Of a DNA stretch of 64,000 nt, positions 1 to 11,700 are shown piece by piece. The stretch spans positions 1,860,001 to 1,924,000 of the forward strand of contig NW_025964334.1 of NCBI RefSeq assembly GCF_023055435.1. The letters run 5' to 3'. Under the pieces are notes generated by a model. That model did not search any database and was not told the DNA's origin. It worked only from the letters and a program-made list of their open reading frames with translations. Positions within the stretch are counted from its first letter, which is position 1. Every line of letters begins with the position of its first letter. A program made the position numbers and the translations under genes. Source of the stretch: Haliotis rufescens. Its lineage: Eukaryota.

Positions 1-2658
1 TAGCCTGGTGTTGTTGCCTGGTGGGTTAGCCTTGTGGAGTAGCCTTGTGGAGTTAGCCTGGTTGGTTTGCCTCGTGAGTTAGCCTGGTGGGTTAGCCTGG
101 TGGAGTAGCCTGGTGGGGTAGCCTGGTGTGTTAGCCTGGTGTGGTAGCCTGGTGTGGTAGCCTGGTGTGTTAGCCTGGTGGGTTAGCCTGGTGGGTTAGC
201 CTGGTGGATTAGCCTGGTGGGGTAGCCTGGTGTGTTAGCCTGGTGGGGTAGCCTGGTGGGTTAGCCTAGTGGATTAGCCTGGTGGGGTAGCCTGGTGTGT
301 TAGCCTGGTGTGGTAGCCTGGTGGGGTAGCCTGGTGGAGTAGCCTGGTGTGTTAGCCTGGTGGGGCAGCCTGGTGGGTTAGCCTGGTGTGTTAGCCTGGT
401 GGAGTAGCCTGGTGGGTTAGCCTGGTGTGGTAGCCTGGTGGGGCAGCCTGGTGGGTTAGCCTGGTGTGTTAGCCTGGTGGAGTAGCCTGGTGGGGTAGCC
501 TGGTGGGTTAGCCTGGTGGGGCAGCCTGGTGGGTTAGCCTGGTGGAGTAGCCTGGTGGGGTAGCCTGGTGGGTTAGCCTGGTGGGGCAGCCTGGTGGGTT
601 AGCCTGGTGGAGTAGCCTGGTGGGGTAGCCTGGTGTGGTAGCCTGGTGGGTTAGCCTGGTGGAGTAGCCTGGTGGGGTAGCCTGGTGGGGTAGCCTGGTG
701 GGGTAGCCTGGTGGGTTAGCCTGGTGGGGCAGCCTGGTGGGTTAGCCTGGTGGGGTAGCCTGGTGGGTTAGCCTGGTGTGGTAGCCTGGTGGGTTAGCCT
801 GGTGGGTTAGCCTGTGTGTTAGCCTGGTGGGGTAGCCTGGTGGGGTAGCCTGGTGTGTTAGCCTGGTGGGTTTGCCTGGTGGGTTTGCCTGGTGTGGTTG
901 CCTGGTGTGGTAGCCTGGTGGGTTAGCCTGGTGGGTTAGCCTGGTGTGGCAGCCTGGTGGGTTAGCCTGGTGGGTTAGCCTGGTGGGTTAGCCTGGTGTG
1001 TTTGCCTGGTGGGTTAGCCTGGTGGGGTAGCCTGGTGGGGTAGCCTGGTGGGGTAGCCTGGTGTGTTTGCCTGGTTGGTTAGCCTGGTGGGGTAGCCTGG
1101 TGGGGTAGCCTGGTTGGGCAGCCTGGTGGGGTAGCCTGGTTGGGCAGCCTGGTGGGGTTGCCTGGTGGAGTAGCCTGGTGGAGTAGCCTGGTGGAGTAGC
1201 CTGGTGGGTTAGCCTGGTGGGTTTGCCTGGTGGGTTAGCCTGGTGTGGTAGCCTGGTGGGTTTGCCTGGTGGAGTAGCCTGGTGGGGTAGCCTGGTGGAG
1301 TAGCCTGGTGGATTAGCCTGGTTGGGCAGCCTGGTGGAGTAGCCTGGTGGAGTAGCCTGGTGGGTTAGCCTGGTTGGGCAGCCTGGTGGGGCAGCCTGGT
1401 GGGGTAGCCTGGTGGAGTAGCCTGGTGGGTTAGCCTGGTTGGGCAGCCTGGTGGGGCAGCCTGGTGGGGTAGCCTGGTGGAGTAGCCTGGTGGGTTAGCC
1501 TGGTGGAGTAGCCTGGTGGAGTAGCCTGGTGGGTTAGCCTGGTGGGGCAGCCTGGTGGAGTAGCCTGGTGGGGCAGCCTGGTGGAGTAGCCTGGTGGAGT
1601 AGCCTGGTGGGTTAGCCTGGTTGGGCAGCCTGGTGGGGCAGCCTGGTGGGGCAGCCTGGTGGAGTAGCCTGATGGAGTAGCCTGGTGGAGTAGCCTGGTG
1701 GGGTAGCCTGGTGGGGTAGCCTGGTGGAGTAGCCTGGTGGGGTAGCCTGGTGGAGTAGCCTGGTGGGTTAGCCTTGTTGGGCAGCCTGGTGGAGTAGCCT
1801 GGTGGGGTAGCCTGGTGGGTTAGCCTGGTGGGTTAGCCTGGTGGGTTAGCCTGGTGTGGTAGCCTGGTGGGTTTGCCTGGTGGAGTAGCCTGGTGGGGTA
1901 GCCTGGTGTGGTAGCCTGGTGGGTTTGCCTGGTGGAGTAGCCTGGTGGGGTAGCCTGGTGGAGTAGCCTGGTTGGGCAGCCTGGTGGGTTAGCCTGGTGG
2001 GTTAGCCTGGTGGAGTAGCCTGGTGTGGTAGCCTGGTGGGTTTGCCTGGTGTGGTAGCCTGGTGTGGTAGCCTGGTGGGTTTGCCTGGTGGAGTAGCCTG
2101 TTGGGGCAGCCTGGTGGGGTAGCCTGGTGGGGTAGCCAGGTTGGGCAGCCTGGTGGGGTAGCCTGGTGGGGCAGCCTGGTGGGGTAGCCTGGTGGGGCAG
2201 CCTGGTGGGGTAGCCAGGTTGGGTAGCCTGGTGGGTTAGCCTGGTGGGGTAGCCTGGTTGGGCAGCCTGCTGGGTTAGCATGGTGGAGTAGCCTGGTGGG
2301 GTAGCCTGGTGGGGTAGCCTGGTGGGGTAGCCTGGTGGGGCAGCCTGGTGGGGTAGCCAGGTTGGGTAGCCTGGTGGGTTAGCCTGGTGGGGTAGCCTGG
2401 TTGGGCAGCCTGGTGGATTAGCATGGTGGAGTAGCCTGGTGGGGTAGCCTGGTGGGGTAGCCTGGTGGGGTAGCCTGGTGGGTTAGCCTGGTGGAGTAGC
2501 CTGGTGGGGTAGCCTGGTGGGGCAGCCTGGTGGGGTAGCCTGGTTGGGTAGCCTGGTGGGGCAGCCTGGTGGATTAGCCTGGTGGGGCAGCCTGGTTGGG
2601 CAGCCTGGTTGGGCAGCCTGGTTGGGTAGCCTGGTGGGATAACCTGGTGGGGTAGCCC
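1..2658. repeat. 13-bp G-rich minisatellite (GGTGGGGTAGCCT variants), about 200 copies, runs off the left edge
   Basis: Direct tandem repeat of TAGCCTGGTGG(GG/GT/AG)-type units; the minus-strand ORFs show a 13-aa period (3 x 13 nt). Confidence 0.97.
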
Positions 2659-2740
2659 AGTAGTTAGAGTGGTCGCTCGTCATGCTGTAGGCTTCAGTTC
2701 CATTCCACACATGGGTACAATGTATAAAGCTCATTGCTGG
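2646..2740 (+). mobile_element. 5' part of tRNA-derived SINE (family A), continuous with the last minisatellite unit
   Basis: GGTGGGGTAGCCCAGTAGTTAGAGTGGTCGCTCGTCATGC...CACATGGGTACAATGT matches the SINE A head at 18044, 47362 and 63018, and the reverse complement of the 53746-53911 copy. Confidence 0.8.
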
Positions 2741-3050
2741 TAATTTTCAAAATACATACTCCTTGTAAAGGAGAATGTTGAAAATACATTCCAAACATCT
2801 CTAGCAATATGTCCAATGTTTTTTTAGTTTTAAGATGAGGTTGTAGAGAAGACTGTTCACAAAAATGTAACGTGGCACAGAATATTTCAAACTTTTGAAA
2901 ATTATTTTATTTGGTAGCTAGGGCTTTTGAATACATGTTCCATGAAAATGATATTGACATCATCGATAGTTTTAGAGCATTAAGAGTTAATAGTTCAGTG
3001 CTAACAGCTGAAAGGACGATGACCCATGACATTAGCTACATTGACTTTGC

Positions 3051-3210
3051 TGAGTGAGCGGTGGGATGAGTTTTACGCCGCATTTAGCAATATTCCAGCA
3101 ATATCACGGCAGGGAACACCAGAAATGGGCTTTACACAAGGCTCCCATGTGGAGAATCGAACCTAGATCTTCGGCGTTACGAGCGACCACTTTAACTCTT
3201 GGCTACCCAA
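3051..3210 (-). mobile_element. tRNA-derived SINE family A with (ACTC)n tail
   Basis: Reverse complement of the family A consensus: A/B boxes, GCTGGAATATTGCTAAA..GCGGCGTAAAAC, ACTC tail. Confidence 0.85.
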
Positions 3211-4399
3211 CTTTGCTGCAATGAGTCATGCCATGCCACTGTGGTGTTTGTAATAGTTCAGTTAAAAGTCTGCGGGGACAGGGGGTATGTGGGTGATTGA
3301 ATACGTAATGCATCCATTTCTTATTCTGCCTAAAAATGTCTGACAATTCATTTTTTGCACATGCCTTTTACACATTGTTGTTAGTTGTTCCGCTTTATTT
3401 TTAACGAAACCCCAATAAAATTAATAAAATGTGTTGGAGCTTATTCTTCAGGGTTCCAACGAAGTAAGTACGAGAGGTAGCCATATATGTGACAAAACAA
3501 TAGTAAAACATACAAAAGAGGAACTGGTAAACAATAATGCATTCGAACGAATATTATTTTTGGCTTCTAAATTTGTCTGTGATTCATATAACAATTTGAA
3601 TAACTTTATTTTCAATTGCATAAAACATGTCATTGAAAATGAATTGAAACCAATATTGTACATGCTGTGTGTTGATTAAATATTTCGGGCAAATTTTGTT
3701 TTTGTTTTAATATAATCTGACAAACAAAGAGTTTGCCGCTGTGTTCATGCATCGAATCAAACGTTTTTTGGGTTGTTTTCGTTGAAGTCAAATAAAGATG
3801 GTATATTAAATAAATTCTCCAGACCCAAAACATCTTTAATGAAGCTTTTCTCAATTCAGGTTGAGAGGAAGGAATTTGAAAATTGATATTACTGTAATAG
3901 GTGTGCCTCGCATGAGGCGGCCCTGTGATGGCGTAGTTCACAAGCCTTGTGGTGTATAAAGTTTGAACCCACTGTTGACTCGCAGCCTTTTGTGTTGTAT
4001 TCTTTCAGATGGTATTGTGTGGTCTTAGGGAGGAGACTAACATCACTAGTGGCTAAAATCCCGGCCTTGAATCCAGCCTGCCTCAGTTTCCCGAACTAAA
4101 CTTAGCACCAGAGGTATTCGGGGAACCTAATTTAGCAAGATATGGACACTTATCCCTAGTCTGTCGTACAGACCCTGAAACAAAAATATCCAATACAGCC
4201 CATGCAAGTCTATAGTGGGCAAGTCTTGATTGCTGCAGTATCAAATAGTCTCTGGGCTCCTTTTTAATATATTTTATTAAGACAATTGAACAACTGTTAT
4301 TTCTGTAAAATATGTTCATTTCAGAGACCAGATTTTAGCCTTACTTATCCCTTGAATGGCATGGATCCTTGTGTTCTGGGCTTCCTGCTTGTCCCAGTA

Positions 4400-4750
4400 A
4401 ACTTTTCTAGACTTGTGGCTATCAACTTGGCAACTATTTCCAAACTCCAACCATCACATTGTGAGGACACAGTGATAACACCAACACTCCATCATCAGGC
4501 TTTTTCCCTTTCTTCCCATCCACAGCTTCAGCTTGATGCCCTATGCAAGGGCTTCTTCCATAGTTTGGGGAGTACAAACAAGATGTGCATTTTCATATTG
4601 AAATCAGACAACCCTGATAAAAACTTGTCAACAACATGCAACTCCAACCAGTCATAGGTTGCTCCTCGGTCAGGCTACAAGAGCTAATTTCTACAACTGA
4701 AAACCAAAGTCAGACACAGGCCGATACCATCGGTTCCCTAATTCTGACCT
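4400..4750 (-). pseudogene. Possible degenerate retrotransposon gag fragment
   Basis: Hand translation gives VDKFLSGLSDFNMKMHILFVLP..TMEEALA with frameshift and stops, resembling the LTR-retrotransposon capsid C-terminal motif (D.F..GL.D......P.T..EA). Confidence 0.3.
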
Positions 4751-4771
4751 ACATGCAACATTCCTTTCCTC

Positions 4772-5130
4772 ATCCTCCCAAGGCAAGGGTGTTAAATGAT
4801 TGTGAAAGTCCAGTTTCCACCCTTGCCAAACTTGGCTGGAATTTCTGGGCTCGATCGTAGTGCCGTCAGTGACTTATTACGAGTCATGTCCCTTCTACAG
4901 CCCTCCTATTGACCAATCACATTCACCTCTCATATCAAATTGCGGTCGCACATTGAAGACGATCTGATCAATAATCAAGATCTATATTGTAATAAAACGG
5001 GTCTTAATTCGCGAAATTCATGTGAGCACCTTGAATAAAAACATGAAAAGATTTTGAAAATATCTGTTTTACACAAATCCTGCAATTGACCAAAATCTGC
5101 ACAGCAATTTATGAACAGGATGTTGATTTC
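4772..5130 (+). mobile_element. Partial copy of the long-TIR non-autonomous DNA transposon found intact at 43822-44363
   Basis: Shares the left TIR (CATCCTCCCAAGGCAAG..AAAGTCCAGTTTCCACCCTTGCC) and the internal GACGATCTGATC.ATAATCAAGATCTATATTGT sequence. Confidence 0.8.
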
Positions 5131-5274
5131 ATGATGCAACTAAGCAAGTCAGCTAACAGGACTGCTCGATCCCATTAGTCGCCCTTTATGGCAAGCATAG
5201 GTTGCTGAAGACCTATTCTAACCCACATCTTCAAGGGTGTTAAATGTAACTACTCAAACTTACAACACCTATTA

Positions 5275-5446
5275 CCGTATTCGACATAATCAGTGCCCCT
5301 CTCTAATAAGCGCCCACGGCAATGTTTGCATATATATATACTGGCTAGTGAGCAGTTCCAAATAGCACCCTTCTGATTGATCAATGTACACAAAACTTAT
5401 GTATTCATGTATAATATGCCCTGGGCGCTTATTATGTCGAATACGG
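5275..5446. mobile_element. Tc1/pogo-type MITE with TA target duplication
   Basis: TA|CCGTATTCGACATAAT ... ATTATGTCGAATACGG|TA terminal inverted repeats. Confidence 0.8.
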
Positions 5447-5899
5447 TACATTATAACCATGCTACAAATTCCTGTGGAAATGTGCATTTGACAAAATTAT
5501 CCATTTTGTTATGAAATTATGAATTTACTTAAACTTTATGGAACAAACTCGTCATGACACACCTATACATAGATCTAGATCTTGTCCAATAATTGTACAC
5601 TTAGTGGTTAGTCATACTTATGTAGACACGAAGAGTTTCAGTCAGAAATAAGTTTCAGTATATACAGTGACTCACAATTCAGTCACAATCATAATCGTTG
5701 AAAATCATCTTTCGTTTTAACCCAATGTCATGTTACGAACATACGCGATACCATTCTCTGAAACCAACAGTTGTAGTGCCTGCTGCATGTAGTACGCGAC
5801 ACCAAGTCTTAGATAGGCCACGTTTGGAGAAATACATTATCAACGAATTATTTACAAGCAGCCATACTAGTTGACACAAAAGTTGTCTATTGATAAAAG

Positions 5900-6620
5900 T
5901 TGCATGTCTTACATACTTACTCAAATAATTTATCCATGTCGTTAAAATTCGCAAAATCTGCTTTCGCTTCCCCAACACTGTCACTGTAGCTTGGTTTAGT
6001 AGCACTAAAGAGCACGCGACGCTTTCCCCGCCCCTTTCGAGACGTGTGCAAATGGAACTTTACACAAGTGCAAATAGCATATAACGAAAACACTGGCGTT
6101 ATAATTCATTGCAGGCGTTCGTGTTTGTTATGATTTTAGTTAATTTTAATATTATCAAACTACGTTTTAACGCACATTTTGATTCGAAACTTATTTCAAT
6201 TGGATGGCTTCATCCGGGCACCTGCACTAAGATGGCGGATTCTGCAACATGGCAAAACTTGCCAAGAATGTGCCAAGCTTTTGGATAAAAGTAGCGGATA
6301 TTTTACTTATATCTTGATTACGGACATAGTACGGGTAATCACTGATCTTTCCTTGTGTCTGTGCAACTAAGTGCAGTATTGGTTTATGAGTTATTTACCC
6401 CAGTTTTGTATTTACAATCAAAGGGAAGGGGTGTGGAGAAGTGATATTTGTTCAGTCGGTGATTGCTCTATCCTGTTATCGGCGTTTAAAGTATCCAAAA
6501 TGAATGTGCAGTATGATTCAAGTTATGTTGAATTTGTTTCTTGAAATATGTTTACAAGGACATGAGGTATTTTATGATCGTTAGGCTCACGGAATGGAGT
6601 AAAATGGCGGTGCCTGTCCC
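5900..6620. promoter_or_regulatory. Probable (possibly bidirectional) promoter region of the PHRF1-like gene
   Basis: Locally CpG-richer and repeat-free; YY1-like AAGATGGCGG (~6229) and AAAATGGCGG (6601) on +; ATG plus GTAAGT donor on - at 5937-5915. Confidence 0.45.
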
Positions 6621-8705
6621 GATTCAGTTATCTACTGTCAAACCGAATATACAATCACGGTTCGCTTTCTATTCATGATATTTTGGCAAAACCAAACCAA
6701 CTTCATCATGAGTCGAAGTTAAAGACAAATCGTTCGTGGAGAAAATAATACTGTTTAGCATGATTTTCAGTTTATGAAACAATATTACTTTGATGACTGA
6801 GATGAGGTTTGTGTCTGCAAAGTCTTTGTTACGAGTTCACATATAGCCTCTAATAGACAAGAATATGATTCATGAAGTTATTTGCTTGAGGTTAGACAGA
6901 CAATTAGAGTAATACCATAAAATGATGTTTCTGTGTTTAGTATATTGCTGATGTTTAGATGATATTCTCAAAAGACAGCAATCAGTACTTATCACAGATA
7001 AACACTCATGCCAAGATTCAAAAGCCAAAATGGTCATGCTTTGTACAGGTATGGCTTTTGAATGCTTGTTTGTTTTGGCATCAAACTTAAGCTCTTAAAT
7101 ATTTAACATCAAGGGGTGTTGGAAAGAGGAATTCAAGGTTAATTGTTTATAGGTCCTTTATATGGCATGAATTTGGCCAACTGGCATCATTTTAATATGG
7201 GAGGTAACTCTTTATTTCAATTTTCCATGTATCCATCCCATGCAACATCATTACATGCACATTGCTTTATGTTACTAAATTGTTACACTTTGAATTCCAT
7301 AGAATCAAAATTTTCTCACGTCTCAAAGGAAAATAATCATTCATGCTAAAATGCTTGGTAAATGTATGCCATGATTAATTTTGTATAATCCTCATGATTG
7401 TAGATGAGACTATTGCAGGTTTAATATGATATGCAGATATCTTAATGTGTTGTTGGTTATTTCTTTCAATGTTAAGCAGTAGTCTCTAACCAAAGTTCAA
7501 AGTAACTTTGTGACTGTGTAACCAATAGTAAAAGGGCATTTGTTATAAATGTTATGTTTAGATTACCTCACTGAAAGTCAAGTGAGCTTATCATGCTTAT
7601 GTCACACCCTATTTGTCCTTCATTAACATCTCCTTAGAATGGCCTGCATCTATGAAGTTTTAACATACATGTTACCACTACTGAAGGATAACACTCCAGT
7701 TTGTTGAAGAGGTTTCAATCGGATCTTTAACCATGTTTACATGGCCGCCACAGCAGTCATGTTGAAAATCTTATTTCTGTCCATTTCTCCGCAATTTTGG
7801 TTCTTATTGTATTGAAATTTCTCCTGGGTTCAACACATATGTTTAGTTTTTCTCCGGTATTTTGAAATTTGAACTTGATTTTTACCTTTGCACTACAGCA
7901 ACATGATCCTAAATTTTCTCAAAATTAATTTTCTCGCACTGTAAAAATCACCTCCCAGAAAACACATGGCCCATGAAGCTTGTTCCAACCTATGATGACA
8001 TTTTTCGATATGAATCTGATTTGTGATATGGTTACTATGGCAACTGTATTGAAAAACCACCAACAGCAACAGCATTTGAATGTCAATTAATTCCCAATGT
8101 TTTGTTTATGAAATGACATTTTTTTCATACATGTTGCATCATATGTTACCGTATATGTAGAGATGAAACTTAGAAATACAGGGCATTGGAAAGATCACAT
8201 TAGGGGTGTCACAATTTGTCATTTTTTGCACGATTTGCACTATTTTACATTGAAAAAAATCTATTTGGTGTGTTTAAATAATATTTAAGTTGATTCGTCA
8301 TTAATTATTTTCCATTTGTTTAAAGTCAATAGTTATGACTTGCGATTAGTTACCAAGTTGTCAGCTAGCCATATCAGCATTAATTGTAATTGAACTCCTA
8401 ACCAAAATCATAAAATATCACAATGGTTTTTCTTCCAATAGTTATCAGGTTTTACTTATCCTGGTCATTTGGAATTCGTAACTTTAACTTTATTTGGTTG
8501 GGGTGTGATCCATCGACGAAACTTCTACTTTATTGCATCAGATGGCAAGATAATGTGACTTCTTTTTTTATTGTGATTGTTCTGATACTTTTTCAGATCC
8601 ATATCAACATTTTACAGATACATTTTACAGGAATACATTTGACTTTTTACAAGCAGAATGTAATTTCTACAACATTGATGTGAAAGAGATTAATCATACA
8701 CAACC

Positions 8706-11700
8706 ATGAGTAAGGTTAACTTTGAGATGGAAGGGATGATGGGAGGTGATTCTGATTCGTCGGATGAAGACAGAATGCAAATAGACGAATCCGCAGCATC
8801 ATCATCAGGGGGACCGCAGACAGCAGAGGATACAGAACTAAAAGAGGAGGAAGAGGAAGGCAGTGATGATGATGATGATGATGGTGACGAAGAAGATGAT
8901 GAAGACGACGATGATGAGGATGATGACGACGAGGATGGCGAAGACGGTGAGGAAGTGGATGAGGTTGAAGGGGAGGAAGATTCTGATGAAGGTTAATTTC
9001 TTTCACCACCTGAATTATGTTAATGAGAACTTCATGTCAATGATGACTGTTTGAAAGTTCATTGGTATGCATAATAAGAAAACCATCTACTGATCATATT
9101 TCATTTCTGGAATGAAAGCTTTTACATAGGTTTTGTCCGTTATCCATATGTTACCCGAAGAATAGGTCTTCAGCGACCCATGCTTGCCATAAAAGGCAAC
9201 TATGCTTGTCGAAAGAGGCAACTAATGGGATCAGGTGGTCAGGCTCGCTGACTTGGTTGATGCATGTCATCATATCCCAATTGAGTGGATCGATGCTCAT
9301 GTCAATCACTGGATTGTCTGGTCTAGACTTGATTATTTACAGATCGCCGTCATGTAGCTGGAATATTGCTGAGTGCGTCGTTAAACAACAAACAAACATC
9401 ATCCACATGTTGCTTAAGACAGTTCTTACAATATATTTGGTGTATCATGTTATGGATCATCCCACCCCTTATGAACCTTGTGACAGTGCCAGGGATTGTC
9501 TTAGGCCGTGATTCAGGGATATTCTCGCATATTTTTCGTGATAGCGCACCAACATTCAATCAGCGCGATTGAAAATCGCATAGATCTTTCAATAGTTTTA
9601 TCTGCATTAACACGCTCATTTTCACCTACAAAAAATGGCATATTGCTTGAATAAATTTATCTGCGGTACTTAAAAATGTCAATAAAAAATTTACACGCTA
9701 GTTTATTCAATCGTCAAAAGTTGTCAATCGAAACAGCGATTTGCATACTCGCAGCATTGCATGCTATCTCTTACTGTGCATAACCAATTCCTATATCACT
9801 GCATGGAGCTTTGCATCAGCTGACAATGGTTGAAGTGTGCAACAATTTTTTTTATCCCCGATTGACAAAACAAGTTTTGTTTTTACAAACTAAACACTTT
9901 GGTAGCACACAAAAATCTTATTATCTAATTAATGTTCGAAAATGGGATATCCAAGGATATATCTATTTAATCTGGTTATATTACTTGCAACACTATTTGA
10001 GGCACAAGTGCTAAAAATCAAATACAGTTTCCCCACCGTGTGAAGATGAAATATCTCTGAAAATTAGCAAAATCTTATCACACGCCAAAAAATCTCATTT
10101 CTTTTGGATCAGGGGTGATTTTCTCTCACAGGTAAAACATTTCCAGGATAATCCCTGCACTGCACAGTTGCCTGGTGACTGTTTGAAATGGACCCTGAAT
10201 GGCCTTATAACCTTAGTTTAATAATTCATAATAGATTTAACATGGTTAAGGGATTCTTATGCTGTAGCATTAAACCTGGAATCCCCTTTATTTGGAACAA
10301 TGTGTTACCATGGTTACTGGATATTAGAGGTGAAACAATACATCAGTGCATCGTGAGTTTTCCTGCACAAATACGATACACGATACATTTTTTTCTGTAG
10401 CGATACAAGACGGTTTGCTTGCTAAAATACATGTCTGCTTGTTTAATGCCCCCACCCCCGGTATTTTTGTCAGTCAAAAATAACAAAATGTGTTGTAATT
10501 AAGTTCACTACTAAAATAGCTGTAACAAACGTTAGCTAGCTTTTCCTTTTCCATCTGCTCTGAAATATTTGTAGTCAAGACATTTCCATATTTCCACATC
10601 TTACGTCTCATATCTTGACCTTTGTATCGTGATTCGTTATGTATTGTGACCTTGCAGTATCATTTCATCTCTACTGGATATAGTTCATTAAGACGTAAGT
10701 AGGTGTATATTCCATGATTGGTTGTTACTGTTCTAGAGTGGGAGTCTGAGGAAGAGGAGGAAGAAGCTCAGGCTGAAGGCTTAGTTGTTGAGAGCGAATC
10801 CGACGACGAGAACGCTGACAATTGTCCAATCTGTCTTAATCGCTTCAAGGATCAAGATGTCGGCACTCCCGAGGCCTGTGACCACAACTTCTGTCTTGAG
10901 TGTATTCAGGAGTGGGCAAATGTACGAAATTCTGAAAATTCTTCTTTCAATATATCTTCTATGGTATCTTCACAAGAACTGGTTTTCACATAGTACCTTA
11001 GTCAGAGTGTACAAATGCATTGTAGTGTACAATGAGTCATTATTTAACGTAATTATGTGTTGATTGACAGAATGTGAATACCTGCCCCGTTGATAGACAG
11101 GTGTTCCGCCTGATTCTTGCCAGACATCCCAGTGAGGACAAGGTTTATGAGAAGGTGAGTGTATCCATGGAAATTATGATGGAACTTAACATTCTAGAAA
11201 CTGTAAATTGGCTGATGTGTCTGGTATTCACCAATATTCACACTCACTTACCAAGGCATGCTAGTCCTGATCTATTGTATGTATATTTCCATATAGCTTA
11301 TCAGAATAATCACTACTCGTGCCATTTGGGCAAAGGAACTAATAATGTCTGGGTGTTGTCATTAGTTATGCAAGAAAATGTTAGTCGCAACCGTTTTAAA
11401 ATTTGTTTGATACAAGGTTAGTATTGATGTAACAATGTTTGTACAGGCTTGAAAAGGCCTTGAATATTAAGGTCCCTCTTGAAAAGCCTTGATTTGTAAT
11501 TTAAACTTGAAAGCCTTGAAAATCACCAAAATAGCTTGAAAAGCCCTGAATTTGTACAAAATGACAAACTTGTCAATAAAGGAATTAAAACACACAAATC
11601 TAATAGTAATGTACCAAGGATGTTTCAGTGTGGTTTATCACAGTGATAGATTTGACACTTGGCTAAACACCTTGAAGAATTCATGATAAGATTTTCATTT

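Noticed and set aside
1-2658. Telomeric repeat, Chi-site array or CRISPR
   Set aside because: The unit is 13 bp without TTAGGG runs; GCCTGGTGG only resembles Chi (GCTGGTGG), which is a bacterial signal; there are no unique spacers.
1820-2734. Pro/Gln/Thr-rich minus-strand ORFs
   Set aside because: Translations of the 13-bp minisatellite; no splice or start context.
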